This document shows positions 23,982 to 32,000 of a stretch of 32,000 nt of DNA, one piece after another; the first letter of the stretch is position 1, and each line of letters begins with the position of its first letter. The position numbers were made by a program, and so were the translations under genes. This DNA comes from Candidatus Anammoxibacter sp. (lineage in GTDB: Bacteria; Planctomycetota; Brocadiia; Brocadiales; Anammoxibacteraceae): contig JAIQZQ010000122.1 of the NCBI GenBank assembly GCA_021777105.1, positions 863-32,862 on the forward strand. Direction: 5' to 3'. The notes under the pieces were generated by a model that was not told the origin of the DNA, searched no databases, and saw nothing but the letters and a program-made list of their open reading frames with translations.

Positions 23982-25448
23982 ATGAGAAAGATGATGTTGG
24001 TAAACCCGCATCCACCGGGACGACATGGAGAGGAAAGCATTACGGTTATTGTGCAGATGCCTTTAAATTTGGCTTATATTGCCGCATTGACACCCGGAGA
24101 CTGGGAATTTGATGTTATTGATGAAAACATGGAACTTGCCCTTGACGAGACAGAGACTAATACAACATTTGACGGCTTTGACCTTGTTTGTATAACAGCA
24201 TTAACACACCAGGCTGCAAGGGCTTATAAAATTGCAGAGGCGTGCAAGAAAAAAGGCATGACTACGATAATGGGCGGAATACACGCGTCTGTGGTTACGG
24301 ACGAAGCCTTGCAATATCTTGACTGTGTTGTTACCGGCGAGGCTGAAAATATTTGGGCAACTGTTATTAAAGATTTTGAAGAGGGTAATTTAAAGAAACT
24401 TTATGATGGCGGGCTCCCAGACCTTAGCGTGTTAAAAAAAGTTTACCCTAACAGGGAGTTGATGAGGAAAAAATATGATTATAAATTCTCTTCAATTATT
24501 ACCACAAAAGGTTGCCCTAACAGATGCGAATTTTGCAGTGTGCCGACTTTCCAGGGCGGAAAATTCAGGGAAAGGCCTTATGAAGATGTTCTCGACGAGA
24601 TGGAAGCGACTGATTATAAAGGGTTAATGTTTGCCGAAGACAACTTCTATGGTCACGGAAAACGCTCTGCTGAAAGAGCGCGAAATTTGTTTCAGGGCAT
24701 GGTTGATAGAAAAGTCAATAAAGATTGGCTCGGATTTACCGCATTGAATATTAATAGCGACGCCGAAGTTCTTAGATTAATGGCCGAAAGCGGCAACTTT
24801 GGAATGCTTATCGGAGTTGAATCTACAAACGAAGAAGTGCTGGCAAAGATGAATAAACGCGTCAACCTTAAACTCGGCGTTGACAGCTATTACGAAAGCG
24901 TTGACCGTATTCACCAGGCCGGGCTTGTTGTTTGGGGCTCAATGGTATTTGGAGCCGACGGCGACGGCAAGGACTCATTTGCCAGAATGGCTGATTTTAT
25001 TCTGGATAACAATATTGATATTTTAACTTACGGTATAAGCACCCCTTTCCCAAAAACGCCTTTATTTGAACGCCTTGATGGAGAAAAACGAATTTTCCGT
25101 AAAAACTTCCCTAATGACTGGAAGTATTATGACACAGCTAACGTGATTAGCAGATTTGTTAGCCTTAGCCTTGAAGAGTTTATTGAAGGCATGCAACTTG
25201 TATATGACAAAGTTTACGCGGGAACTATGTTGCGTGAAAGATTCAGAAATACAATTAAAAGGACTCATAACCCTAGAAATGCAATGTTTGCTTTCAGAGT
25301 AGGCTCTGACTGGAAACAGGTGTTTGAGCAGGTGCTTGATGGTTTAAGAGAACTTTATGATTCAGGCGATTACTATAAAGACTGGTATACAAGTAAATCC
25401 ATGGTTGTTGAAAAACAGGGTTTAGAGACTGTAGCCACAGCTTATTAA
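23982..25448 (+). CDS. B12-binding-domain (class B) radical SAM enzyme, 488 aa (second, divergent paralogue)
   Basis: The N-terminal domain is cobalamin-binding-like (LVCITALTHQAARAYKIAEACKKKGMTTIMGGIHAS...VVTGEAE). The CxxxCxxC motif is GCPNRCEFC: Cys178/182/185, codons 24513-24536. SD GGGAG is upstream. Confidence 0.9.
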   Translation: MRKMMLVNPHPPGRHGEESITVIVQMPLNLAYIAALTPGDWEFDVIDENMELALDETETNTTFDGFDLVCITALTHQAARAYKIAEACKKKGMTTIMGGIHASVVTDEALQYLDCVVTGEAENIWATVIKDFEEGNLKKLYDGGLPDLSVLKKVYPNRELMRKKYDYKFSSIITTKGCPNRCEFCSVPTFQGGKFRERPYEDVLDEMEATDYKGLMFAEDNFYGHGKRSAERARNLFQGMVDRKVNKDWLGFTALNINSDAEVLRLMAESGNFGMLIGVESTNEEVLAKMNKRVNLKLGVDSYYESVDRIHQAGLVVWGSMVFGADGDGKDSFARMADFILDNNIDILTYGISTPFPKTPLFERLDGEKRIFRKNFPNDWKYYDTANVISRFVSLSLEEFIEGMQLVYDKVYAGTMLRERFRNTIKRTHNPRNAMFAFRVGSDWKQVFEQVLDGLRELYDSGDYYKDWYTSKSMVVEKQGLETVATAY

Positions 25449-25484
25449 TAATCTTGTCACATTAAGTTTCGTTTCGCTATTTTT

Positions 25485-25523
25485 AAAAGCTCTGATGTTC
25501 AAAAGGACATCAGAGCTTTTTTT
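25485..25523. terminator. bidirectional intrinsic terminator between the convergent radical SAM and GGDEF-like genes
   Basis: AGCTCTGATGT (25488-25498) pairs with ACATCAGAGCT (25507-25517), an 11-bp perfect stem. An A-run lies 5' and a T6-7 run lies 3'. Confidence 0.8.
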
Positions 25524-25562
25524 ATGCATAAAATTACACTGAACAGCTTGCCTGCTTAAGCC

Positions 25563-26549
25563 CTAATTATTTTTTGTGTTTTGCAATCTTCTACGCTTGG
25601 TCTTTCGTTTTTCCATATCAATTGACATCACCCTTCGTCTCCTGTCTCTGGATACACCTCTTCGTTCCCCATTCAACCACTGTTTTACAAGCCTCTCAAA
25701 TATATTGTATTCAGAGTTTGTGAGTATAGTTCTTCCATAAGTTTTATTCTTTACATGCAATAAAAAGGAGTTAAATCGCTCCTGTAGGTCAACAAACGCC
25801 TTTTTCTCTTTTTGCGTAATCTTGCCGTTTTCTCCCATATTTATGAGTAGCGACTCCACAGCCAATAAAGTCTCAACTGTTTGAGGTATTAAAGAAGCGG
25901 AAGTGTTTCTTGAAGGCGCTATTTCAATTCTGTCACCCCCTTTCTTCTGAGCCTTGTCAAGAAGCTCTCCCGCCATCCTGTAAAGATTTGCTTTATCCCT
26001 TGTATCGTCAGGATAAATTGCGGCCCCAATGCTGATCGTCAAAAGAGGCGGTTTATCCTCTTCGCGAATATTGCATTTTTCCCGTAATAAAAAATCCAGC
26101 TCCTCTTCAGTAAGAACCGCCCTATTATCCTCAGACATTTGATTAATCTCCCATATATCGGCAAGCTCTTTACAAAGTCTTTTACCAACTTTAACAGCGC
26201 CGGCTTTTGAAGTCATGGGAAGAAGGAGCGCTAATCCATGCTTTTTATGCCGCCCTAAATAATCAAGGTTTCTTATAAAACAGTATATTTCATCAGCAAC
26301 CAAGTTAAAAAGATTATCGGCAACTAACTGACCATTAGCTTCATAAGGTATTTTGTCCGGCCTTATAAGACATAATGCAAAAGGGTACTGATAACGATCA
26401 GCCCGCGCTATTTCATCTTGCAACTTACCGTGAAAAAGAGACGGCGACAATAAACTACGTTTCGTAGACGAGTCAAATTGATTCTCAATCTCTTTTGAAA
26501 GCGACAACAACTCTTTTGCCAACATATGCAGCTTCTTATCAGTAATCAT
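25563..26549 (-). CDS. degenerate GGDEF-domain protein (GGDEF replaced by KKHGL, I-site RxxD retained) with C-terminal extension and poly-basic tail
   Basis: The GGDEF fold landmarks are RADRYQYPFALCLIRPD, RNLDYLGRHKKHGLALLLP, TISIGAAIYP and LLDKAQKKGGDRI. The active-site motif is lost, while RNLD sits exactly 5 residues before it. The tail reads ERRGVSRDRRRRVMSIDMEKRKTKRRRLQ. Confidence 0.7.
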   Translation of the reverse strand: MITDKKLHMLAKELLSLSKEIENQFDSSTKRSLLSPSLFHGKLQDEIARADRYQYPFALCLIRPDKIPYEANGQLVADNLFNLVADEIYCFIRNLDYLGRHKKHGLALLLPMTSKAGAVKVGKRLCKELADIWEINQMSEDNRAVLTEEELDFLLREKCNIREEDKPPLLTISIGAAIYPDDTRDKANLYRMAGELLDKAQKKGGDRIEIAPSRNTSASLIPQTVETLLAVESLLINMGENGKITQKEKKAFVDLQERFNSFLLHVKNKTYGRTILTNSEYNIFERLVKQWLNGERRGVSRDRRRRVMSIDMEKRKTKRRRLQNTKNN

Positions 26550-26673
26550 AATTCTCCACCCCCATTCCCCAGCCTTTTATGAAACAACCTCCAGCAATAG
26601 CAATCTATTTAATAACCAATATTAATACTTATACCACATTACTATATTTTCGTCACAATTTGCATATTGTTCA

Positions 26674-26740
26674 AGGATAAATGAAAACAGAGTAGATTAT
26701 CGGCTCTAATAAGAATTATCCTTAAAGAGGATAAATGAAA
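26674..26740. promoter_or_regulatory. tandem 13-nt exact repeat AGGATAAATGAAA (54-nt spacing) plus palindrome TTATCCT-N5-AGGATAA, upstream of the GGDEF-like gene
   Basis: The copies lie at 26674-26686 and 26728-26740, and both continue ...AG[TC]AGATT. The palindrome arms lie at 26716-26722 and 26728-26734. The site is 125-190 nt upstream of the minus-strand start at 26549. Confidence 0.3.
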
Positions 26741-27147
26741 TCTAAGCAGATTGGCAGCTCCGGTGTGAATTGTCCACGTAGGGGGTAAAAAGAGGCAATA
26801 TTTGCCGGATAAGGCGTGAAATGGAAGCTTAAGAGATAATAGCCCCCATTCGCAAAAACAAATTATAGAGGCATTGCCTCTGAGAGTATAAGAGGATTTA
26901 AAGCGTATTTTTACAGATAAGAAAGTAAACAACTAGTTATTAGCAGTCCGGCAGGGGGTAAACGGTAAGATATTATGCGGAATCAATCACAACTTATTCC
27001 ATAATTTCCGGCAAATACGAATTATAATTCAAAATTCATAGTGGGTCTTATTCCGACCTTTTTACTTATCCGGATTGCCCAGATTATAGATTAAAAATGA
27101 ATAGTTAAGGATTTACCGAAAAAGCAGATCCAGGCTATGTATTCAGC

Positions 27148-28734
27148 TTAAAATCTGCTAAGTTCATAATCATCCAAAGGAATAGTTTCGTTCGAATTAG
27201 CGTTTAGCCTATTGTGGCCCGGGCTTTCAAAATGAGGGATTGCTTTTTTTAGAGGTGGTCTGTTGTATTGCGATTCATATGACGCATGATCTAAGCCGGC
27301 GGACATGTTTCCGCTTACAAGCGCAGCAAGTTGGCCGACTATTGAGTTAAGCTCTTTGGCCTGGCCTGAGAGCTCTTCGCTGGCGGCGGCGGATTGTTCG
27401 GCATTGGCGGCTGTGCCCTGAATGGCTTTATCCATATCTCTTGTTGCGTCATTTATCTGTTCAATACCGTTTGATTGCTCTTCGCTGGCGGAAGTAACCC
27501 CATTAATAAGAGTCGTTACATTTTCTATACCTTCAACAACTTTTGAAAGAACATCGGCAACTTCAGTTGAAGTGTTAACCCCTTCATTTGAATTATTTTG
27601 CGATTCCTCAATAAGTTTGCCTGTGCTTCTTGCGGCTTCCGCCGACCTTTGCGCAAGGTTTCGCACTTCTTCCGCTACAACGGCAAAACCTTTGCCGGCT
27701 TCTCCGGCGCGCGCAGCTTCAACTGCGGCGTTTAATGCCAACAAATTTGTTTGAAACGCTATTTCATCTATAGACTTTAATATTTTTGCAGTCTCATCGG
27801 ATGATGATTTTATCTTTTGAATTACATTCCCCATTTTTTCCATTGCCTCTTTGCTTTGATTAGCTGAAACGCAAATTTCATTTACCATTGAGTTCGCATC
27901 TCTTGTATTGTCTGCGTTTTGCTTTGTTGAAGCTGATATCTGTTGTAATACAGCTGAAGTCTCTTCAATGCTGGCAGCCTGCTCGGTTGCGCCTTCGGCC
28001 ATTTGATGACTGGAGTCGGCAACCTGACCGCCGGCGGTTTCCAATTGATCGGCTCCGGTTTCCAGGCCGCTAATAATTTTGTTAATAGGTTTTGTGGTGG
28101 ATCTTGTTATAAAAAAAGCGATTATCATTCCTATTACCACTGTGCTTATTCCAATAATAATATTTAAAATAAACGCCCATTGGCTTGAATTTGATATGCC
28201 CTCCAGGGCTTCGTTTAGCTCACTCACTTGTGTCACTACAAGATTTTGAATGCTTTTCATCATTTGCGCGGCAAACGGATCAAATTTTTCCATAAAAATA
28301 TTGCCTGCTGTGGGCCCCTGTGAAATGTATACATTTGCCATCTCTTTGCCCACTGAGTAAAACTCATCAAATTTCTTTCGTAATGCTTCCGATTCACGCA
28401 AAGCCACTGTGTCATTTTCACGCTTAAACATCGTTAAAAACTGATCTAGCCGTTTATTAAACTCTTTAGCATTGGCTTCAGCTTCATCAAACCCATCGTC
28501 AAAACCTTCAGCGCCACGTGTGGCGGATATATCAGTCAACCATTGCTGCACTTGAATAACATTGACCTGCATATCTTTCGCTAGAATTGCAAATTTAGCG
28601 GATTCTTCGTGCACAAATTTTGCGTTATCATTAGCCTTTTCAAATAAAATAATATTAAAAACCAAAATGCCGGTCATTAAAAAAAGTAAAATCCCAAAAC
28701 CGCCATAAAATTTTTTGCTAAGCCCCATGCTCAT
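27148..28734 (-). CDS. methyl-accepting chemotaxis protein (two TM segments, four-helix-bundle-type periplasmic sensor)
   Basis: The signalling hairpin tip [42 protein letters not shown] is highly conserved. TM segments lie near residues 10-30 and 187-210. Confidence 0.9.
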   Translation of the reverse strand: MSMGLSKKFYGGFGILLFLMTGILVFNIILFEKANDNAKFVHEESAKFAILAKDMQVNVIQVQQWLTDISATRGAEGFDDGFDEAEANAKEFNKRLDQFLTMFKRENDTVALRESEALRKKFDEFYSVGKEMANVYISQGPTAGNIFMEKFDPFAAQMMKSIQNLVVTQVSELNEALEGISNSSQWAFILNIIIGISTVVIGMIIAFFITRSTTKPINKIISGLETGADQLETAGGQVADSSHQMAEGATEQAASIEETSAVLQQISASTKQNADNTRDANSMVNEICVSANQSKEAMEKMGNVIQKIKSSSDETAKILKSIDEIAFQTNLLALNAAVEAARAGEAGKGFAVVAEEVRNLAQRSAEAARSTGKLIEESQNNSNEGVNTSTEVADVLSKVVEGIENVTTLINGVTSASEEQSNGIEQINDATRDMDKAIQGTAANAEQSAAASEELSGQAKELNSIVGQLAALVSGNMSAGLDHASYESQYNRPPLKKAIPHFESPGHNRLNANSNETIPLDDYELSRF

Positions 28735-29090
28735 GGATAGCCCCTCCCCTTTTATAAGAAAATTTATTGAATCAATTTATATATGTAATCAGTCTAAGGC
28801 CGTAACTAATAGCAAACGATATGCCAAACAGATTAATCTTACAATGTTATATGTTTGATGCTGTTATATTGCCGCATAATAGAGGTCTTAGAAATTTGCC
28901 GGAAAATTGATCAGGTTTAACATGGCTGTTAGTTTGTAATTATTACAAAACTAATTGAATTATTTGCAATAAAAGAGATGATTACAAATACGATTATGAA
29001 CCGGTTGACAAGCAATCATGATAAAAAAATTGAAATATTGTTAAGTTCTATTTCTTTTGAAAATGAGATTGTGCGAGATAAATTCAAAAG

Positions 29091-29678
29091 CTAGCCTGAT
29101 CCTCTTGAGTTGTATATCATACCATTTTGAATGGCGTATTCGTTTAGAACCTTCCTGGCATCGTTTCGCTTTACTTCCGTTGCCACTTCTATCCCTCTCT
29201 CCACAAGGGAGGCTTTCCAATCATCAACTTTTGGGCCTTCGTCAAATCCTATGCCGCGGGCATCGGAATCTGTTGCGCCTGATATAACCCTGCGAACTCC
29301 GGACCACGGAATTGCGCCAAAACACATAGCGCACGGCTCCGTGCTTGTCACCAATTCGTGCCTCGCCCCCCCCATTTCACCAAGGTCGTATGTTCCAAGT
29401 TTATATTGGGCTACCGCGATAGCAACCATTTCGGCGTGAAGGATAGACATTCCCTCTGTTCTAACCAGATTAACTCCCAGGGAGATCAATTTGCCCGTTT
29501 TAATCTCAAATATTGCAGCCGCAAAAGGGCCGCCGGTCATTTCTGATATGTTTCTCTTTGAAGCGTTTATTACAAAATCCATGCGGTCATCAACCTCGTT
29601 TAAATGAGAAACTCCGTTTATATATTCTGTGAGCCATCCAGGCAACGAAAACTGGATGGAAGAGGGTTGGTTAAACAT
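29091..29678 (-). CDS. CDA-fold zinc deaminase (nucleoside/guanine/tRNA-adenosine deaminase family)
   Basis: The zinc-binding motifs are HAEMVAI and TSTEPCAMCFGAI (H-A-E ... P-C-x-x-C). Confidence 0.8.
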   Translation of the reverse strand: MFNQPSSIQFSLPGWLTEYINGVSHLNEVDDRMDFVINASKRNISEMTGGPFAAAIFEIKTGKLISLGVNLVRTEGMSILHAEMVAIAVAQYKLGTYDLGEMGGARHELVTSTEPCAMCFGAIPWSGVRRVISGATDSDARGIGFDEGPKVDDWKASLVERGIEVATEVKRNDARKVLNEYAIQNGMIYNSRGSG

Positions 29679-29742
29679 TTCGAATTTTTTCCCTTTTAAG
29701 ATTGAAAACAGAAACCACAGTTACAGACACGAACATCTTTAT

Positions 29743-30516
29743 TTATTGTATACGATCTTCAACCTTAAATTTATTTTTTAATAGATCTACGCCGGCTTTT
29801 TCTTTTACCAGAAATTCATTAAACTCTTCAATTATTTTTGGATGGCCGGCGCTTGAAATGGAAAATGAGCCTTTAGTATGAGGCAAATCAGGATCAAAAA
29901 CCAATTTGTCTTTGCTTTTCAGAGCATCATCAAGTTTATTGTAGAAATAGTATGACACCACAACATCGGCATAAACTCCGTCGACTCTTCCCAATAAGAG
30001 TTGTTTAATCAATGAGGCGAAATCATAACTTTCAAAAAGTTCAATCTGCTTAGTTTTAATCAGCCCCAAATATGCCTGTGGCGTAAAACCCTGGACAGCT
30101 CCCAAACTCTTAAGACCGGCAAGGCCTTTTCCTCTGTTTTTTTCTAAAACCATTACACCATCAATGTAGTTAACCACTGGTTGGCTATAATAAATCCTAG
30201 AGCCTTTTTTTACATCCTTTTGCCAATGCGCGTTATCCGGAAACTTAAAATCTATCTCGCCGTCAACCAAACTTTTAAAAAGCCGATTGAGCGGCAACGG
30301 TTTATATATAAACCGATACCCCATTTTTTTGCTAAATTCGTCAAGTACTTCTCTTCCATACCCTCCATATTCTCCGCTTTTGGTTATGGTATACAGCGGA
30401 TAGTATTGCAGATCTTCAACTCCAACCACAAACTCTTTTTCTTTAGCTAGTATTTGGTTGGATGATAGAGTAAATAAAAACAGTATTAACAATAAACAAC
30501 GGCAGGAAATTGTCAT
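29743..30516 (-). CDS. periplasmic solute-binding protein, family 3 (amino-acid-type SBP) with signal peptide
   Basis: The N-terminal signal peptide is MTISCRCLLLILFLFTLSSNQILA. FVVGVEDLQYYPLY...GYGREVLDEFSKKMGYRFIYKPLP is typical of SBP_bac_3. Confidence 0.75.
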   Translation of the reverse strand: MTISCRCLLLILFLFTLSSNQILAKEKEFVVGVEDLQYYPLYTITKSGEYGGYGREVLDEFSKKMGYRFIYKPLPLNRLFKSLVDGEIDFKFPDNAHWQKDVKKGSRIYYSQPVVNYIDGVMVLEKNRGKGLAGLKSLGAVQGFTPQAYLGLIKTKQIELFESYDFASLIKQLLLGRVDGVYADVVVSYYFYNKLDDALKSKDKLVFDPDLPHTKGSFSISSAGHPKIIEEFNEFLVKEKAGVDLLKNKFKVEDRIQ

Positions 30517-30632
30517 TAATTTTCCCCTTCTTAATAAACTTTTCTACAATGCTGATTGCTTAACAGTTTAGATTAAAAGACATGCGCGCACGCCTGTAAT
30601 TGTTACTAGCGCCCAAATGGAGCTATTCTTAT

Positions 30633-30667
30633 CACCCTCCCCTAACCCATCCCATCAAGGGATGGGG
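30633..30667. repeat. C-rich/G-rich hairpin element (CCCCTAA + CCCATCCC-N5-GGGATGGG)
   Basis: CCCATCCC (30646-30653) pairs with GGGATGGG (30659-30666). The architecture matches the element at 15617-15648. Confidence 0.5.
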
Positions 30668-30716
30668 AATAAACGGTATATATTTATTACAATACAGCAG
30701 AGAAATTAGGAGAACA

Positions 30717-31034
30717 TTACGATTTAACCATAGTTAATACCATTTTAAACTTTTCCAACGCTTTTAAAGCGTGCGGCTCGTTTGCCGGCATTACAACCAT
30801 ACCGCCGTTTTCCAAGACTATTGGATTGCCGGTAATTGAAACTTCGGCTTTGCCGTCTACAATGTGAACCATTGCGTCAAACGGAGCTGTGTGTTCGCTT
30901 AAGGCCTGGCCTTTGTCAAACGCAAATAAAGTCACCGTGCCGGTCTCCTTTTTAATTATTGTCCTGCTTACAACAGAGCCTTCCTGATAACTAACCATAT
31001 CTACTATATTTTGCGGTTTAATCTCATTATTCAT
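30717..31034 (-). CDS. cupin-domain protein (cupin_2 type)
   Basis: GQALSEHTAPFDAMVHIVDGKAEVSITG....GGMVVMPANEPHALKA shows the two-motif cupin His/Glu pattern. Confidence 0.8.
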   Translation of the reverse strand: MNNEIKPQNIVDMVSYQEGSVVSRTIIKKETGTVTLFAFDKGQALSEHTAPFDAMVHIVDGKAEVSITGNPIVLENGGMVVMPANEPHALKALEKFKMVLTMVKS

Positions 31035-31167
31035 TTTTATTAGTTAATTCCTTTCTAGAAATAAATACAACTCACTTTAAACGCTTTAAAATAACACAAT
31101 CGTAGAGTATAATTAATATTGATCTTAAAAGAAAGCCTTTATTACCCTTGCTAACAGAGAATATATT

Positions 31168-31365
31168 ATGAATACTTTGCTGAAAAATGCAGCCGAACTC
31201 AAATGCGGATGTAAACGCGCCGTCGGGTTGCGTTGCAAAAAAGCAAAGAAATTGTGGTCTAATTTAAGAAAAGCCTCAAAGAGCGAGAGCCGGTTCCAAA
31301 AAGCTGTTCAGGAATATGACGACCATTTTGAAAAACCGGATGAAAACAGGGACGGCGAGAATTAA
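31168..31365 (+). CDS. hypothetical small basic protein (weak call)
   Basis: A 65-aa ORF in an otherwise empty intergenic region, with no clear SD and no recognised family. Confidence 0.25.
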   Translation: MNTLLKNAAELKCGCKRAVGLRCKKAKKLWSNLRKASKSESRFQKAVQEYDDHFEKPDENRDGEN

Positions 31366-31554
31366 ACTATACAGAATGGCTTTTTCCACCAATGCGTTTT
31401 AAATAAACATTTCCGCAAGTTATTAAGATAGTATACATGCTTTCAAATCCCGCATATTTTGCAATATTTCTTTTCCATTTCTGGAAACATATAAAATCTC
31501 TATTTATATTAAATATTTTCGCGAATAACCCAGCCTATATTTACGCTATTGATT

Positions 31555-32000
31555 ATGATTAAACCTAACCGGAAAATTCTATATATTATTGTCGCATTGG
31601 CATTGGCGGCGCTGATCTTTTACGCTATACAACATTCAGGCAACAAGCGCATGCCGGCAAATTATAAAGAAGCGGCCTTTGCCGGACTGAAAAGAATCAG
31701 AAATAATAAGAAGGAAAAAGTAATACGATACCTTAATGACCAGAAAACCGCCGGCGTTAAATTTGTCAAGAACGAGCATATTGTCTCTTACTTTAAAAAC
31801 CTTTACAAAATATATAGGGAAAAAAAATTTACAAGCAGAGAGTACAGGGCCACGGAAGCTTTGCTTGAAGAACTGTTTGTCTATGAACTGGACAAATTTT
31901 ACGATCTTCTATTTATTGATAATGAGGGCAATATATTCTTCACAATACTAAAAGAGAAAGACTTTTTAGGAAACATCTTTGAAAGCCGGTTTGACGGGCT
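31555..32000 (+). CDS. membrane-anchored sensor protein, N-terminal part (Cache-like extracytoplasmic domain), 3'-truncated by the window edge
   Basis: From the ATG at 31555, frame 1 stays open to nt 32000. It is missing from the ORF track because no stop lies within the window. The translation MIKPNRKILYIIVALALAALIFYAI includes a TM segment. FYDLLFIDNEGNIFFTILKEKDFLGNIF matches the Y-D-L-[FY]-L-I-D-x-x-G-x-[IV]-x-[FY]-[ST]-V-x-K-E-x-D-F-x-x-N motif of Cache-type sensor domains. Confidence 0.6.
   Translation, partial: MIKPNRKILYIIVALALAALIFYAIQHSGNKRMPANYKEAAFAGLKRIRNNKKEKVIRYLNDQKTAGVKFVKNEHIVSYFKNLYKIYREKKFTSREYRATEALLEELFVYELDKFYDLLFIDNEGNIFFTILKEKDFLGNIFESRFDG

Noticed and set aside
16167-25268. 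Antisense or nested ORFs inside the lipid cluster, for example 16167-16367, 16474-16736, 16956-17144, 17267-17485, 17838-18446, 19018-19212, 20386-21167, 21218-21496, 21739-21924, 22557-22857, 23654-23875, 25062-25268.
   Set aside because: These are shadow ORFs of well-supported genes with no motifs of their own.
26642-26932. 96-aa minus-strand ORF in the MCP/GGDEF intergenic region.
   Set aside because: It has no SD and a Cys/Phe/Leu-rich improbable sequence. It spans the repeat motifs, which look regulatory rather than coding.
27422-30450. ORFs opposite the MCP, deaminase and SBP genes: 27422-27754, 27888-28073, 29057-29546, 30181-30450.
   Set aside because: These are shadow frames. The Ala/Ser-rich translations mirror the MCP coiled-coil codons.
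31736-31951. 71-aa ORF from the track near the right edge.
   Set aside because: It is out of frame with, and fully inside, the open-ended frame from ATG 31555. That frame has a TM segment and a Cache-like motif.

Overview
This 32-kb window comes from a low-GC bacterium. I read it as five blocks.

1. **1-4.7 kb: AT-rich toxin-antitoxin (TA) island.** It holds a decayed RelE/ParE-type remnant and a hicB-hicA pair whose toxin has lost its start codon. It also holds a lone M42-like peptidase, an orphan RHH antitoxin and a DUF4160/DUF2442 pair.
2. **5.2-12.3 kb: glyco/acyl-modification cluster.** Genes are a NodU/CmcH-type carbamoyltransferase, a GT9-like protein, a GT4 glycosyltransferase, a FabH-like KAS III and an FkbM methyltransferase.
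3. **12.3-15.9 kb: repeats and a second TA island, ending at a tRNA.** The island holds DUF433/DUF5615, VapBC, and a DUF1778 (TacA-like) antitoxin that has no GNAT toxin but follows two unknown small genes. tRNA-Thr(CGU) lies at 15856-15927.
4. **16.2-25.4 kb: the main item, a compact same-strand lipid-tailoring cluster.** Gene order is B12-binding radical SAM, O-methyltransferase, ACP, FabZ, KS, catalytically dead KS partner, CrtI-like desaturase, second B12-binding radical SAM.
   - It has no ketoreductase, enoyl reductase, acyltransferase or thioesterase.
   - Content and order match my recollection of the candidate ladderane-lipid locus proposed for anammox bacteria. That biochemistry is still unproven. 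If the host is not an anammox bacterium, the product is an unknown modified fatty acid.
   - A structured leader precedes the cluster, with an intrinsic terminator ending 16 nt before the first start codon.
5. **25.5-32 kb: signalling and housekeeping genes.** These are a degenerate GGDEF protein with an intact I-site, an MCP, a CDA-fold deaminase, a periplasmic binding protein, a cupin, and a 3'-truncated Cache-like sensor.

All functional calls rest on motifs read by eye from the translations. No database search was run.
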